Shown here one piece after another: positions 11,230 to 22,366 of a stretch of DNA of 64,000 bases. The DNA lies in the NCBI RefSeq assembly GCF_032191835.1, contig NC_083235.1:17918001-17982000 (forward strand), read 5' to 3'. Within the stretch, counting starts at the first letter, position 1. Each line of letters opens with the position of its first letter. The notes below the pieces were generated by a model, which was given only the letters and a program-made list of their open reading frames with translations, did not search any database and was not told the origin of the DNA. The position numbers and the translations under genes were made by a program. Source of the stretch: Heteronotia binoei. Its lineage: Eukaryota.

Positions 11230-12070
11230 TTGAGCTGGCATTGCCACAGCAGTATATGTTCTGTTGGATGCTCTTTACACGCACTGGTTCTTCTGGGCAC
11301 TCTAGACATGCAGTGCCTGAAGCCCCACAAACAAAAATGATCCAGAGGCTGGCACAAATTTGGCCAAGCCAATGTCCTCTAGTTGTCCACTGGAAATCAG
11401 GGTCAGAACTCAGAGCACCACAGTAAATCCCAAAATTTGTGCCTCCAAGAACAGACAGGATTGATCCATCCATTCCTTCTGCCGTTATTCGGGTTAACTT
11501 ACCTAGTGATGTCTAAACAGTAGGCTTTCTTCTTCAAAAAATAGTCTTCTCTCCATCATATGACAATCGGGATGTAAGATACCTCTTTGGACTAGCAGCC
11601 TACCTTCAAAACCAGGGAATTTAGTCCTCTTCTATGAATAACTCACTGGTTCAAGGTAGTCTTCACAAAATAGCCTTTAAGGAGTTTTGTCAAGGTAAAT
11701 GCCCACGCACAGTTTCTGCCAAGAACTGATGAGTTGGAAGAAAGAGGTCCAGAAGTGACGTCTGTGGAACATCTTAGCAGATCTGCTCTTGTGAACAGAA
11801 CAGCTCTGCCTGTCCCTGAGGGCAGAAGACAAATCACTTCACAGGTATTAGATCTTTACTGTTCTACTGGCTGCCGCAGCAGAAATCCTGCGGGAATATG
11901 ACGCAGACATCTTAAGCAGAACGCTCAGGGAAACATTTCAAATAGCTACTTTAAACTCAAAGATTAATTACTCTTTCGCATGGGAAACATGGGAGTAAGG
12001 AGCAGTGGGGTAAACATATCAGTTCCCACTGTGATCCATTTCAGTGTCCTCGCTCATCAGTAATATATCT
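11230..12070 (-). promoter_or_regulatory. OR1 upstream module (putative promoter and 5' non-coding exons)
   Basis: Paralogous module. Donor AG|GTAAGT at 11502, TAATTA at 11965-11970, O/E-like TTTCCCATGCGA (minus) at 11976-11987. Confidence 0.55.
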
Positions 12071-12539
12071 AATTCTCAACACGGTCTCATCAGCGGCTAT
12101 TGAAATCCAGAGACTGGCACCATGAACAGATAAGACAGAACTTTCTGCAAACTCAAGAAAAGCCTCCAGTTTGCAAAAAAAAAATAATAATAATAAAAAA
12201 AAAATCTGTTCTCCAGCAAAAAAAAAAAAACACCCTAAAGATTTTTAAAATAAAAACACTATAATCATAAAAACAATGCCTGTACCTCTAAGAAAGGGAT
12301 GACCTCTAAATTATCAGTGACATTTATTGGCTTGATAAGTCATGGCAACAATAAGCCAGCCTTCAGTCCTTGGTTTCCATCTGTAAAAATCAGGGGAAGA
12401 GCCCTTTCCCAGGCTTTTAAGCCTTCCAGTAAACTTCTGCTCTCCTCCTTCCTGCTCTAAAGTAAGGGCTCATCATGGCCAACCCCGACAGCTACCACCA
12501 GTTAGTAATTTTTGCAACTAACTCAGGTGTGGTGGTGGG

Positions 12540-13790
12540 TACTGTCAAGAGTTTTAGGGGGATTGGGTATGCATTCGACATTGAGAGCCTGAGGCGCCTG
12601 TCCTTTTTCTTGTGAAAGAGGACTGGTGCAGCATGGGGGGAATCAGCTGGCCGAATGAACGCCTGTTTCAAATTAGTCTCTACAAATTTCTGTAGCTTGG
12701 CCTTCTCCTGCCAGCTCATCGAGTAGAGCTTTGCCTTGGGCAAGCGCTCCCCCTCAATAAGATAGGGTGTGGCAAATGAGAGGCAGTTTGGTGTAGAGGT
12801 TAAGTGTGCAGACTCGTATCTGGGAGAACCGGGTTTGATTCCCCACTCCTCCACATACACCTGCTGGAGTGACCTTGGGTCAGCCATAACTCTCGTAGGA
12901 GTTGTCCTTGAAAGGGCAGCTGCTGTGAGAGCCCTCTAAGCCCCAACCACCTCACAGGGTGTCTGTTGTGGGGGGAGAAGATATAGGAGATTGTTTGGAT
13001 GAGGCAGCGGGCATCTATTTTAGACCGGTTGGCCTCTGCCCTAGTGTATGTGGTGCTGTATAATGGTATCATTTTTTTGTGCTATACCACCTTGCTATCG
13101 TATCATCTTGCTGAATCATCTCGTTGCACTTTATTGAATGTTGTAATTGGTTTTCTTATGATTTTATTGTGATTTTATTTCTGACGTACTCCGCTCCGAG
13201 CCCCCAAACGGGAGAATGGGCGGAATAAAAATAAACAAATAATAACAATAAAAATAATAAGAAGCCACTCTCTGATTCAGAGAGAAGGGTGGGGTATAAA
13301 TCTGCAGTCTAAAAAAAAAAATCAGCTTGGTGGCACAGTCTGTGGGCTTGTGGGGGGCCTCATCTGCCTCAGTGGCCTCAAACACCCTTTTCAAGTCCCC
13401 GTATTCCACTGGGATGGATGCTACTTCCTCCTTGGTCAGGCATAGTCTCTCATACTTGGGTGGTGGATCCGGACCCCAATCTGCACTCCAGGTGTGAGAG
13501 TGGCACTTGTCTTTAAAGAAGATAGACTGCCCACTCCACCGAATGATGATAGGGTCGTGGGCCGCCAACCATCATATCCCCAACACTATCTTAAAGCTTG
13601 CAGAGGGGATGATTATGAACGCCCGGGCCTTCCAATGCATCCCCTAGCCCCAAAGTGCATAGTTCAGTTTCGTGGGTGCAGGATGCCCCCTATATGGCCC
13701 AGAGACAGTGTTCACAGAATTTGTGCGACTTGGTCCAGCCCACCAGTAGGCACAACGTATCTCAAGTGAGCAACTTGCCATGTCAAAACT
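12540..13790 (-). mobile_element. Ty3/Gypsy pol fragment (protease-RT junction) interrupted by nested SINE and L2
   Basis: DCATKLI|EGERLPKAKLYSMS...FIRPADSPHAAPVLFHKKKD becomes continuous once about 12760-13320 is removed. Confidence 0.8.
12780..13320 (+). mobile_element. Squam3-like SINE split by an L2 3' fragment (about 12995-13260)
   Basis: The SINE body stops at TATAGGAGATTGT and resumes at AAGCCACTCT...GGTATAAATCTGCAG. The intervening piece ends in an L2-type tail CTCCGAGCCC...GGGCGGAATAAAAATAA. Confidence 0.7.
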
Positions 13791-14639
13791 TTTGCAACAA
13801 GATCAGACATATTATTGAAAAAGCCTGAAGCCTCTTGCTGAGAGCAAGAGTACAGTTGTAGCGACTAGACTTTCAGAAGTGGTTTCTAGATAGGATGTGG
13901 CAATTAGACATTTAGATAGGGACTTCTAAAAGATTTTGTAGGTGGAGTTATGGGAAGGGTGAGACCTCGGTAGGGTATAATGCTTTGGAGTCTTCCATTG
14001 GTGTAAGAGTGAGCAGCTTGCCCTTATCCAAGGCTTTTTTGTAGAAAAAGCCTACCAGGGACTCATTTGCATAGACCAAGCTAGCTGGAACTGTGTTCCT
14101 GTGCATTCCTGCTTTTTAAAAAAGCCCTGTTCTTATCTGTGTGAGACAGGGTTCCATTACAAAGCCTACAGTTTTGGCAAAGTACTGAAATGAAATACAC
14201 TGGACAAGCGTTAGCTGGGCTGGCTTAAAATGGGACTTACTTTACTCTTGTCCTCATCAAGGAAGATTGACTGGGTTCCACATGAGGAACGTCTGATGAA
14301 CCTTGGTAAGAACTTGATGTGGGGACTATTCATTGTCATATTTGATAGCTGTTCCAGCTGTGTGCCTGCATGGACATCTCAGTGAATGAGCTTTTGCCTC
14401 TCTTTGTTGTTATTTCAAGCTGTTACAGAATTGTGCCTGTTTGCGCATCTCAGTGTATGAGCCATAGTCTCTGGCTTAGGTTTTTTAAGTGCTTAAATAT
14501 TCTCATACTCAAAAGAGCAACACATAAACTTGAGAATTTTATTTGGTACAATCTACTGACAGCTAGTTCCCTGGCACAATACCTGTTTCTGAACTATATG
14601 CCAGGTGTCCATTTTCTTTTGGTTTGGCCACCTGGATGC

Positions 14640-15097
14640 TGGCAACCCACTGGATGCTGGTGTGAGATCTGGAGACCAAATCCCACGAAGAAAGGTTGAA
14701 GGAGCTGGGGATGTTTAGCCTGGAGAGGAGGCGGCTGAGAGTTGATATGATCACCATCTTCAAGTACTTGAAGGGCTGTCATATAGAGGATGGTGTGGAA
14801 TTGTTTTCTGTGGCCCCAGAAGGGAGGACCAGAACCAATGGGTTGAAATTAAATCAAAAGAGTTTCTGGCTCAACTTTAGGAAGAACTTCCTGACCATTA
14901 AAGCAGTTCCTCAGCGGGACAGGCTTCCTCAGAAGGAGGTGAGCTCTCTTTCCTTGTAGGTTTTTAAAGAGAGGCTAGATGGCCATCTGACAGCAAAGAA
15001 GATCCTGTGAATTTAGGGGGAGGTATTTGTGAATTTCCTGCATTGTGCAGGGGATTGGACTAGATGACCCTGGAGGTCCCATCCAGCTCTATGATTC
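14640..15097 (+). mobile_element. CR1 LINE 3' fragment
   Basis: [26 protein letters not shown]...NFLTIKAV followed by the 3' UTR ending CTCTATGATTCT. Confidence 0.9.
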
Positions 15098-15378
15098 TAA
15101 CCCAGTCAGTCTAGGAGCTGGGAGACCAAGTTTTGAATACCCACCCTGCCAGGGAAGGTAGAGGTGGGGAATGACCCTGGGCCAGTCCCTCTCCCAGCCT
15201 GTGTTTTACAGAACTGTTGTGAGGATAAAACGAAGGAGAATGATGTAAAGTGATTTGGTGGGGTATAAATCAAGCGATCCAAAATAAAGCTGAATGCTGG
15301 AAGGAAGCATATAAAACTTGAGTATTTAGGTGTGAAGAGATATCCCAAGCCCAAATTCAAAATGTGGGACCAAACCAG

Positions 15379-15483
15379 AGATGTAGCCAATCCTCCAAGA
15401 GCTTACAGGGCTCTTCTTACAAGGCTACATCAGGAATGTGTGGCCTAATATACAAAGGAGTTCCTGCTACAAAAAAAGCCCTG
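15379..15483. mobile_element. hAT MITE, right half
   Basis: GATGTAGCCAATCCTCC...GGAGTTCCTGCTACAAAAAAAGCCCTG. Confidence 0.75.
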
Positions 15484-15547
15484 GGCATGCCTACCACACT
15501 GCCTTCTCCCCTCCCCAATGAGACATAGATGTGACTGTATAGCACCA

Positions 15548-15700
15548 GGGACTGTGGTTCAATGGTAGAGCATCTGCTTGGTAAGCAGAAGGTCCCAGGT
15601 TCAATCCCTGGCATCTCCAACTAAAAAGGGTCCAGGCCAATAGGCGTGAAAAACCTCAGCTTGAGACCCTGGAGAGCCGCTGCCAGTCTGAGTAGACAAT
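15548..15700 (+). mobile_element. tRNA-derived SINE (Squam2/Anolis SINE2-like), 3'-truncated
   Basis: tRNA-like head with A/B boxes continuing into GAGACCCTGGAGAGCCGCTGCCAGTCTGAGTAGACAAT. Confidence 0.75.
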
Positions 15701-16314
15701 CAAAAATTCAATTCCAGCCCTTCATCCTTTCAAGACCAATATTAGTTAAAGTTGACTTGAGTTTACCCTAGCATTTTGTTTCAGAAGCTGGAGTAATGGG
15801 GTATCATACCCCACACATTATGTGCAAGTCAAGTCAAGTCAAGTTAGCTTTTATAAGCATAAAATATATAGATATATATATCAGAGCAAATTGGTTAAAA
15901 AAGATAAAATGGAACGATTGCATACATATACATCAGAAAAAGCATAAACATAAACTATTTCTATGAGATCCTCTGACGTGCCTTTAAAACAGAATAAAGA
16001 AACTTAGCCACTTTCTCAGTGACACTAGATGAAGTATCGTTCAAAAGTCTATAGACCTTAAGTGCATCAGAACAATCAACCATGCAATATACTATAGCGG
16101 CTATTTTAAACCACACCAATTTCCATTACGGAACCCAATTATGTGTGGGAAATAGCTGGAATCTCAACAAAAGATAAATATTTGCTCCATGTTTCTGTGC
16201 AGCAAGAAATCAGCACTTACAGGGGTTTCCCACTGCACATAGCAAAACAGAGACAAGTTATCGCAGTTTGTGAGGTACACAAGTTTCAGCATTAGAATGG
16301 GGTTCTTTGTATGA

Positions 16315-16536
16315 GAAGAAGAGTTGGTTTTACACCTCACTCTTCATTGCGCAAAAGGAGTCTTGGAGCAGCTTCCAATTGCCTTTCCTTCCACTCCCCC
16401 AACAGACATCTTGTGAGGTAAGTGGGTCTGAGAGAGTTCTGAGGTCAACCACCTAGTTTCATGTGGAGGAGTGGAGGTATCAAATCATGTTCTACAGATA
16501 AGAGTCATTACTCTTAAGCACCACAACAAGCTGGGT
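16315..16536 (-). mobile_element. older Squam3-like SINE
   Basis: Diverged head and body with an (TTC)n tail, ending about 20 bp from the OR2 stop. Confidence 0.65.
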
Positions 16537-16554
16537 CTTGTATGGGGCTCATCT

Positions 16555-17487
16555 TTATTCTGACTTTTTCCTTCCAAACAACCTCCAGAAAGCTTCCTTC
16601 ACATCCCTGTTCCTCAAACTGTAGATCAGGGGGTTGAGCGTGGGTGTTAAAACCCCATATATTAACGATATGATCTTATCTTGATCTGAAGCAGATTTTT
16701 CTTGGGGTTTCAAGTACATGATCATGATTGTACCATAAAAGACACTGACCACTGCAATGTGTGAACTACAGGTGGAGAAGGCTTTCTTCCGTCCCTGTGT
16801 TGAGCGAATGCGCAGGACAGCTAAGCCAATGCGCACATATGTCAAAACAATGAAGCCAAAGGGAGGTATTAGGAATAAAAAGCTGGCAACTTTCATGTAG
16901 AGCTCAGTTGTGTGTATGTCAGAACAGGCCAGTCTGAGGAACGATTGTAGCTCACATGCAAAATGGTTAAGGATATTTTGTCCACAGAAGTCAGTTGGCT
17001 TCAACAGCACTTCAAGCAAAGTATTTAGTAAGGAGACGCTCATAGAAGTAATCACTAAACTGGTACAAAATCTCCAGCTCATGATTTGCATGTAGTGGAG
17101 TGGCTGGCATACTGCTGCAAAGCGGTCATATGCCATGATAGCCAGAAGAAGACATTCTGTTCCAACAACGCATAGACCAACATACATCTGCACCAAGCAC
17201 CTATAGGAGGAGACTGTGGGCCTGTAAAAAAAGCAGTTGACCAGGATTTCAGGAATAGCATTGTTGGAGAGGATGAAATCCACTGAGGAGAGGACACAAA
17301 GAAAGAAATACATAGGGGAATGAAGGTGGGAGTCTGAAATAATCAATACAATCATGAGGCCATTCCCAAGAGTGCTTATGAGGTAAACCACCAAGAAGAT
17401 CCAAAAGAACACAACCTGTGCTCGGGGGTGTTCAGATAACCCAATCAAGATGAATTCAGTCACCACTGTGTCATTTGGAGTTCCCAT
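16555..17487 (-). CDS. olfactory receptor, class II, intact (OR2)
   Basis: 310 aa from MGTPNDT, with all OR motifs. The start was placed at 17487 by alignment to paralogs and by the splice acceptor at 17510; the ORF-track extension to 17547 is intronic. Confidence 0.96.
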   Translation of the reverse strand: MGTPNDTVVTEFILIGLSEHPRAQVVFFWIFLVVYLISTLGNGLMIVLIISDSHLHSPMYFFLCVLSSVDFILSNNAIPEILVNCFFYRPTVSSYRCLVQMYVGLCVVGTECLLLAIMAYDRFAAVCQPLHYMQIMSWRFCTSLVITSMSVSLLNTLLEVLLKPTDFCGQNILNHFACELQSFLRLACSDIHTTELYMKVASFLFLIPPFGFIVLTYVRIGLAVLRIRSTQGRKKAFSTCSSHIAVVSVFYGTIMIMYLKPQEKSASDQDKIISLIYGVLTPTLNPLIYSLRNRDVKEAFWRLFGRKKSE

Positions 17488-17568
17488 GACATTTCCTGCC
17501 TTGTCGCTTCTGTAGGAAAGAACAAGTGGGTTGTTTAGAAATGGCACTGGCAGAGTTTTGCTTCTCCA

Positions 17569-17759
17569 TAGGGCTTTTTTTGAGCAGGAACGCAGTTCCA
17601 GCTGGCTTGGTGTCAGGGGGTGTGTGTCCTAGTATGCAAATGAGTTCATTCTGGGTTTTTTTCTGCAAAAAAGTCCCAAGCAAAACAATGGTGATGTCAG
17701 GGGGGGGTGCCTAATATGCAAATGAGTTCCTGCTGGGATTTTCTACAATAAAAGCCCTG
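17569..17759. mobile_element. hAT MITE in the OR2 5' intron
   Basis: TIR (T/C)AGGGCTTTT, TSD CTTCTCCA/CTTATCCA, ATGCAAAT at 17634 and 17716. Confidence 0.8.
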
Positions 17760-18103
17760 CTTATCCATAAAATGTTCAAGTATTCTCTTGAATTTATTTT
17801 ATTTATTTTTTATTTATTTAAGATTTATACCCCGCCCTTCCCACAAGTGGCTCAGGGCGGCCTCTGAGGAATTCTGGCCTCTGAGATGTGTCCTAAAATC
17901 CAATGGACTGTAAAGTTAATGTAGTTAATGAGGCTTCAGTTCATCGGATTCTATGGTTTATTAAGGTCATTGAAACTGGTGGATTCAATGACAAATAAAC
18001 CAGGCACTCGATTGTGGCCATGACAGTATTAGCATTTAAAATATATATTATGCCTTTTACATTGGTTCTGTATTTGGATTCAGATTTTATGCATTCCTCA
18101 CAG

Positions 18104-18303
18104 CAGGGCTTTTTTTGGTAGAAAAAGCCCAGCAAGAACTCATTTGCTTATTAGGCCACACCCCTGACATCACAATTGTTTCACATAGGGCATTATTGTA
18201 GGAAAAAGCCCATCAGGAACTCATTTGCATATTAGCCCACACCCCCTGACACCAAGCCAGCCAGAACTGCGTTCCTGAGTGCTCCTGCTCAAAATAAGCC
18301 CTG
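18104..18303. mobile_element. hAT MITE
   Basis: Perfect TSD CCTCACAG (18096-18103 / 18304-18311). Confidence 0.9.
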
Positions 18304-18869
18304 CCTCACAGTAAATCTCTATGCTTTTAAATTACAAGTTTGGTACTACGTTCATGGATAGATATTGCCTTTAAACATTATAGTAGTAAAACCTAGTAAT
18401 GTTCCAAAGCCTTAAACTTTATTTTCATCATATTCTTACAGTTCATTGAAAAGTGCTGTTTTTAAAGAATTGACTTCTAAAAACATCAATAGCTCTATTT
18501 CCTTCTCACTCACATCTTTTGAAGGATGTGAAATAATTTCAAAATCTGTCTTACATTTCTCTCAAGAGACCCATTCGTCCTTAAAAGAAAGACAGTGCTC
18601 AGCTAATGGAAAACAACTGCAAATACTGAGATCCCCTTAAGATTTGAGTCTGAGTTTGAACACACATTCACCAAAAATGGGATTCCATACTGATTAAAAA
18701 AAAATACTATAATGGAAAAGTTGTGTGATTCTTCTGCTACTTAGTTGTGCTATAATATTATTGTAGGAGGACCTGGGGGAGAGAAAGGATGGAAAAGGAC
18801 TAGGTGCATTGACCTGAAAACCAAGTAGGAAAGCTCAATGTCAAGAATTTGTGGCTTTATTCAATTATG

Positions 18870-20880
18870 GGTTTATTTATTAACTGATGTACATAATCAA
18901 AATATTACATCCTTTCTCATTTCACTGTAGTAGCTTCTGTGCCACCAGCATAGTAAAAAAGTCATCCTTTGCTCAAAGCTGAGCAGCATAGCAGTCCTGT
19001 GGCTCACAGAAAACCTTCAGCCCAAAGTGCCAAGCCTCATCATTCTACCACCTGTGTAGGCATATACTGTTCATTCACCAACACTCTGAATTTGGTCAAC
19101 CACAATAACGTCTATTTGATATTTCATGTCTGCAGCGTTTATATTACACAAGAACAAAGGCCCTTTGGGATCAGACCAATGGTATATCTAATCCAACATC
19201 TAGTCTCACAAAGTGGCCAACCACTTTCTCTGGAGGGCCAGAGACAGGGCAGAGAGGCCTTCTCCTAATGTTGATTCCTGCCTCTGGGATTCAGAGGATT
19301 AGTGCCTCTGACTATGGAGGTTCCCATTAGTCACCATGGCAAGTCACCATGGAAAGACTTATTCTCTGTGAATCTATCTAATTCCTCTTTAAAACTGTTT
19401 GTTCCTATGGCTATCACTATATTCTCTGGTAGCAAATTTCACATTTTAATCACTCGGTGTAAAGTAGCATTTTCTTTTCTCTATCCTGAACATCCTGCCC
19501 ATTAGCTTCATTGAATGCCTTCAAGTTCTAGTATTTTGGGAGAGGGAGTAAAAGTTCTCTTTGTCAACTGTCACCATCCCATACATATATAATAACCTCC
19601 CCTTGGTCATCTCTTTTCTAGACTGAAAAGTCCCAGATTTCTCAGCCTTTCCTTATAAGGAACGTGCTTCAACCCCCAAATGATCTTGGTTGCCCTCCAT
19701 TCTACTTTTTCCAGCTCTGTAATGTCCTTTTTGAGATAGTGACCAAAACTGTATTCCAAATGAGGCTGCACCATAGATCCTCAACTGTTCCTGCCATTGC
19801 TAGCTACAGCTTCACTGATTCTACAATGGATCAGTCCTGAAATTAAGCATCTACCTCTTCTAGCAATAGGAAGCACAAGAAAAAGACCTCTCTTGTAGGC
19901 CCATTTGAAATGGAAGGAAGAGTGTCTAAAAAGAAGATGCTACCTGGTTGGGTGGCTTGCTGCAAGAGAAGTACCACAAACAAAATATGATCCAGAGGCT
20001 GGTACATATTTGGCCAAACAAATGTCCTCTAGCTGTCCACTGGAAATGAGGGTCATAATGCAGAGCTCCAAAATAAACACCAAGATTCTCAGGATAGACA
20101 GCACTTATCTACATATTACTTCTGTAGGTAATGTGTTTTTACTTATCCGGTGATGTCTAAACCGAAGACTGAAATCTTCTTCAATATGTATTCTCTTTCC
20201 TAAGTAGAGCCTGTAAGAAAACCATCGGTTCCGGCAGCCTAGGTGTCCTCGTCACGGCCAGGAAATTCAATTTCATTAATTCCTCTTCTAACAGAACCTC
20301 ACTAGTTCAAGGTGCTCTTCACAAAATATGCTTTAAGGCTTTTTTGTTAAGGTCAATGCTTACGCTGATGGTTCCTGCAAGGATTGATGACTTGCAAGAA
20401 AGAGGTCCAGAATTTTTTTTTTGTTTGATTTGATAGCAAATGAAGGTGAGTGCACTACATTCCTCACAGCATCGTTACCCAGTCCAAGGAATAGACTGAA
20501 TAAAATAGTGAAAAGCCAAAGGTCCCATTCAAAGAAGTTCTTGGTAAATTTGCTTATATGAAACATATTAGCAGATCACTCTAAGAAAATAAGATCCCTG
20601 CCTCTTCCTGGTGACAAGAAGACAATGCTTTTGCAGGTACTTGTTGCTTACCTTTCTACAAGTGCAGTACTAGAAGTCCTCCTGGAATTTGACACAGCAG
20701 TTTTAAACAGAATGTCTAGGGAAACACTTCAAATAAGTCCTTTAGACTCCATGATTAGTTACTCACTCATCTGATTTAAACTTTAAGAACAGGATGGGGA
20801 ATGCTCACGTCAAGAGTAGTTGGGTAAACACTGTAATTCCCACTGTGATTTACTCTGGTGCCCTCAGTCATCCTCAGTAT
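18870..20880 (-). promoter_or_regulatory. OR2 upstream module
   Basis: Paralogous module. Donor AG|GTAAGC at 20651, acceptor TTTTCTTACAG at 20211, second donor mutated GT>AT at 20146. Confidence 0.5.
19150..19790 (-). mobile_element. CR1 LINE 3' fragment, old
   Basis: Reverse complement of a CR1 3' UTR like 62700-62810 (GGATCAGACCAATGG...TCCAACA...TCTCACA) plus a decayed RT end. Confidence 0.6.
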
Positions 20881-21089
20881 ACCTGATTCTCAATCTGGTC
20901 CCTCTGTGGACCCTGAAATTCAGAGAACTGAGCCAGGAACAGAAAAGGCAGAAGAAGCACTACAGAAGGGAAGGAAAAAAGCAGCATCAGTCAAATGCAC
21001 TGCTGTAGAACAAGGAGGCATGGCTCTGCTAACAGCCCCAGAACCCCAATGCACATGCACCCCAGGAGAAAAAGTTTGTGTGTGCGTGG

Positions 21090-21575
21090 CATGATGACAT
21101 CACCCTTCTTTGAATGGGACCTTTGGCTTTTCACCCAGAAGTGATGTCATCCCACCAAGCTTTCAGCACTTCCCTTCCCCAGCACGCTCCGAGAATGCTG
21201 GGGAAGGGAAGTGCTGCTGTTTCTTGGTTCTGAAGGATCAGGGGAGCTCCTCTGATCCCTCAGAGCCGAGAAAGAACACTCAGCACTTCACTTCCCAGCA
21301 CCACTCTTTCTCGGTATTGGGGGAGGGCCTCTGATCCCTCAGAGCAGAGAAAGAACACTCGGCGCTTCACTTCCCCAGGGCCCTCCGAGGGTGCTGGGGA
21401 AGGGATGCATCACTCTTTCTCAGCACTGAAGGATTTTTTCCTCAGAGCCAAGGAAAAAATGAGCTGGAGGCTCAGGGATGGCGTGAGCAGGGAGGGGGCA
21501 CTCGCCCCCAGGCCCTGCTGGGAGTTGGCACCCTAGGCAGTCACCTAGTTCGTCTACATCCATGCGCCAGCCATG
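21090..21575. repeat. unclassified MITE-like segment of short hairpin/tandem units
   Basis: Repeated CTGATCCCTCAGAGC.GAGAAAGAACACTC and hairpins TTCCCCAGCAC..CCGAG..TGCTGGGGAA. No TSD was found. Confidence 0.35.
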
Positions 21576-22366
21576 TCTGCCAATAATTCTGAGGAGGTGA
21601 AAAAGACTGACAAGTGGTGAGAAGTCCTAATGTAATTAGAAACACCATGGCAAAAGAACCTTCCCAGGAACAGGAAGGGAGTAAATGTAATTCGGCCCCG
21701 CCCTGACCGGGTCGCAAAAGCGGCTATGTGCCATGGGGCCGTCCTTTGCCCCCCAGAAGGATTGGGAGGCTGGAGAGCTTCCTGGGCATCCAGGTGATGG
21801 TGGTGGGCGGAGCGTTGGGGCTATATATAGTCCTGACCCTGCCAAGACCATGCAGTTGATTTTCAGCTCTCGGCCTGGTCAGAGGCACGTAGGGTATCCA
21901 TGGCCGGGAGCATGGGAGGTGGCAGCCTTCTATAGGCGGGTTTTTGCAGCCCTGGGCAGGTGAACGGCGTGGAGCAGCACGGGAGGCTGGCCTTGTGGAG
22001 TGGCATAGGCAAGGGCCGCTCAGGCCGCTGGTGCCTGGGGACAGCATCGGCGAGCCCCAGGAGGGGGAGGCAGTGAAGGGGGCAGGTTGTAGCTGCGTGG
22101 GAGTAGCAGGGCCCACTGTGGTTGTGGTGTAAGACCATGGGGTTGGGGTGTGTGTGCACCGAAGCGGGGGCGGAGTTTGGGTAGAGAGTGGTGGTGAGGC
22201 TCAGGCTGCAGGTGTTTTAAGGGCCACCCACGCCCCCCCCCTCTATTCTCAATTGGTATCTCAGGTGGGAAGCAGTTGGCTCTTCAGGGAGGGGTGAGTG
22301 AATTCAATTGCCCCCCCCCCCCACATTTCTCTTTGGTGCGAAGGGAAGCCCTACTGAGGGCTAGTA

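Noticed and set aside
15548-15620. tRNA gene (cloverleaf-like with A and B boxes)
   Set aside because: It continues directly into a SINE body and has a poor acceptor stem; it is a SINE head.
17488-17547. 20-aa N-terminal extension of OR2 in the ORF track
   Set aside because: It crosses the conserved splice acceptor at 17510 and starts at a non-ATG codon. Paralogs start at the equivalent of 17487.
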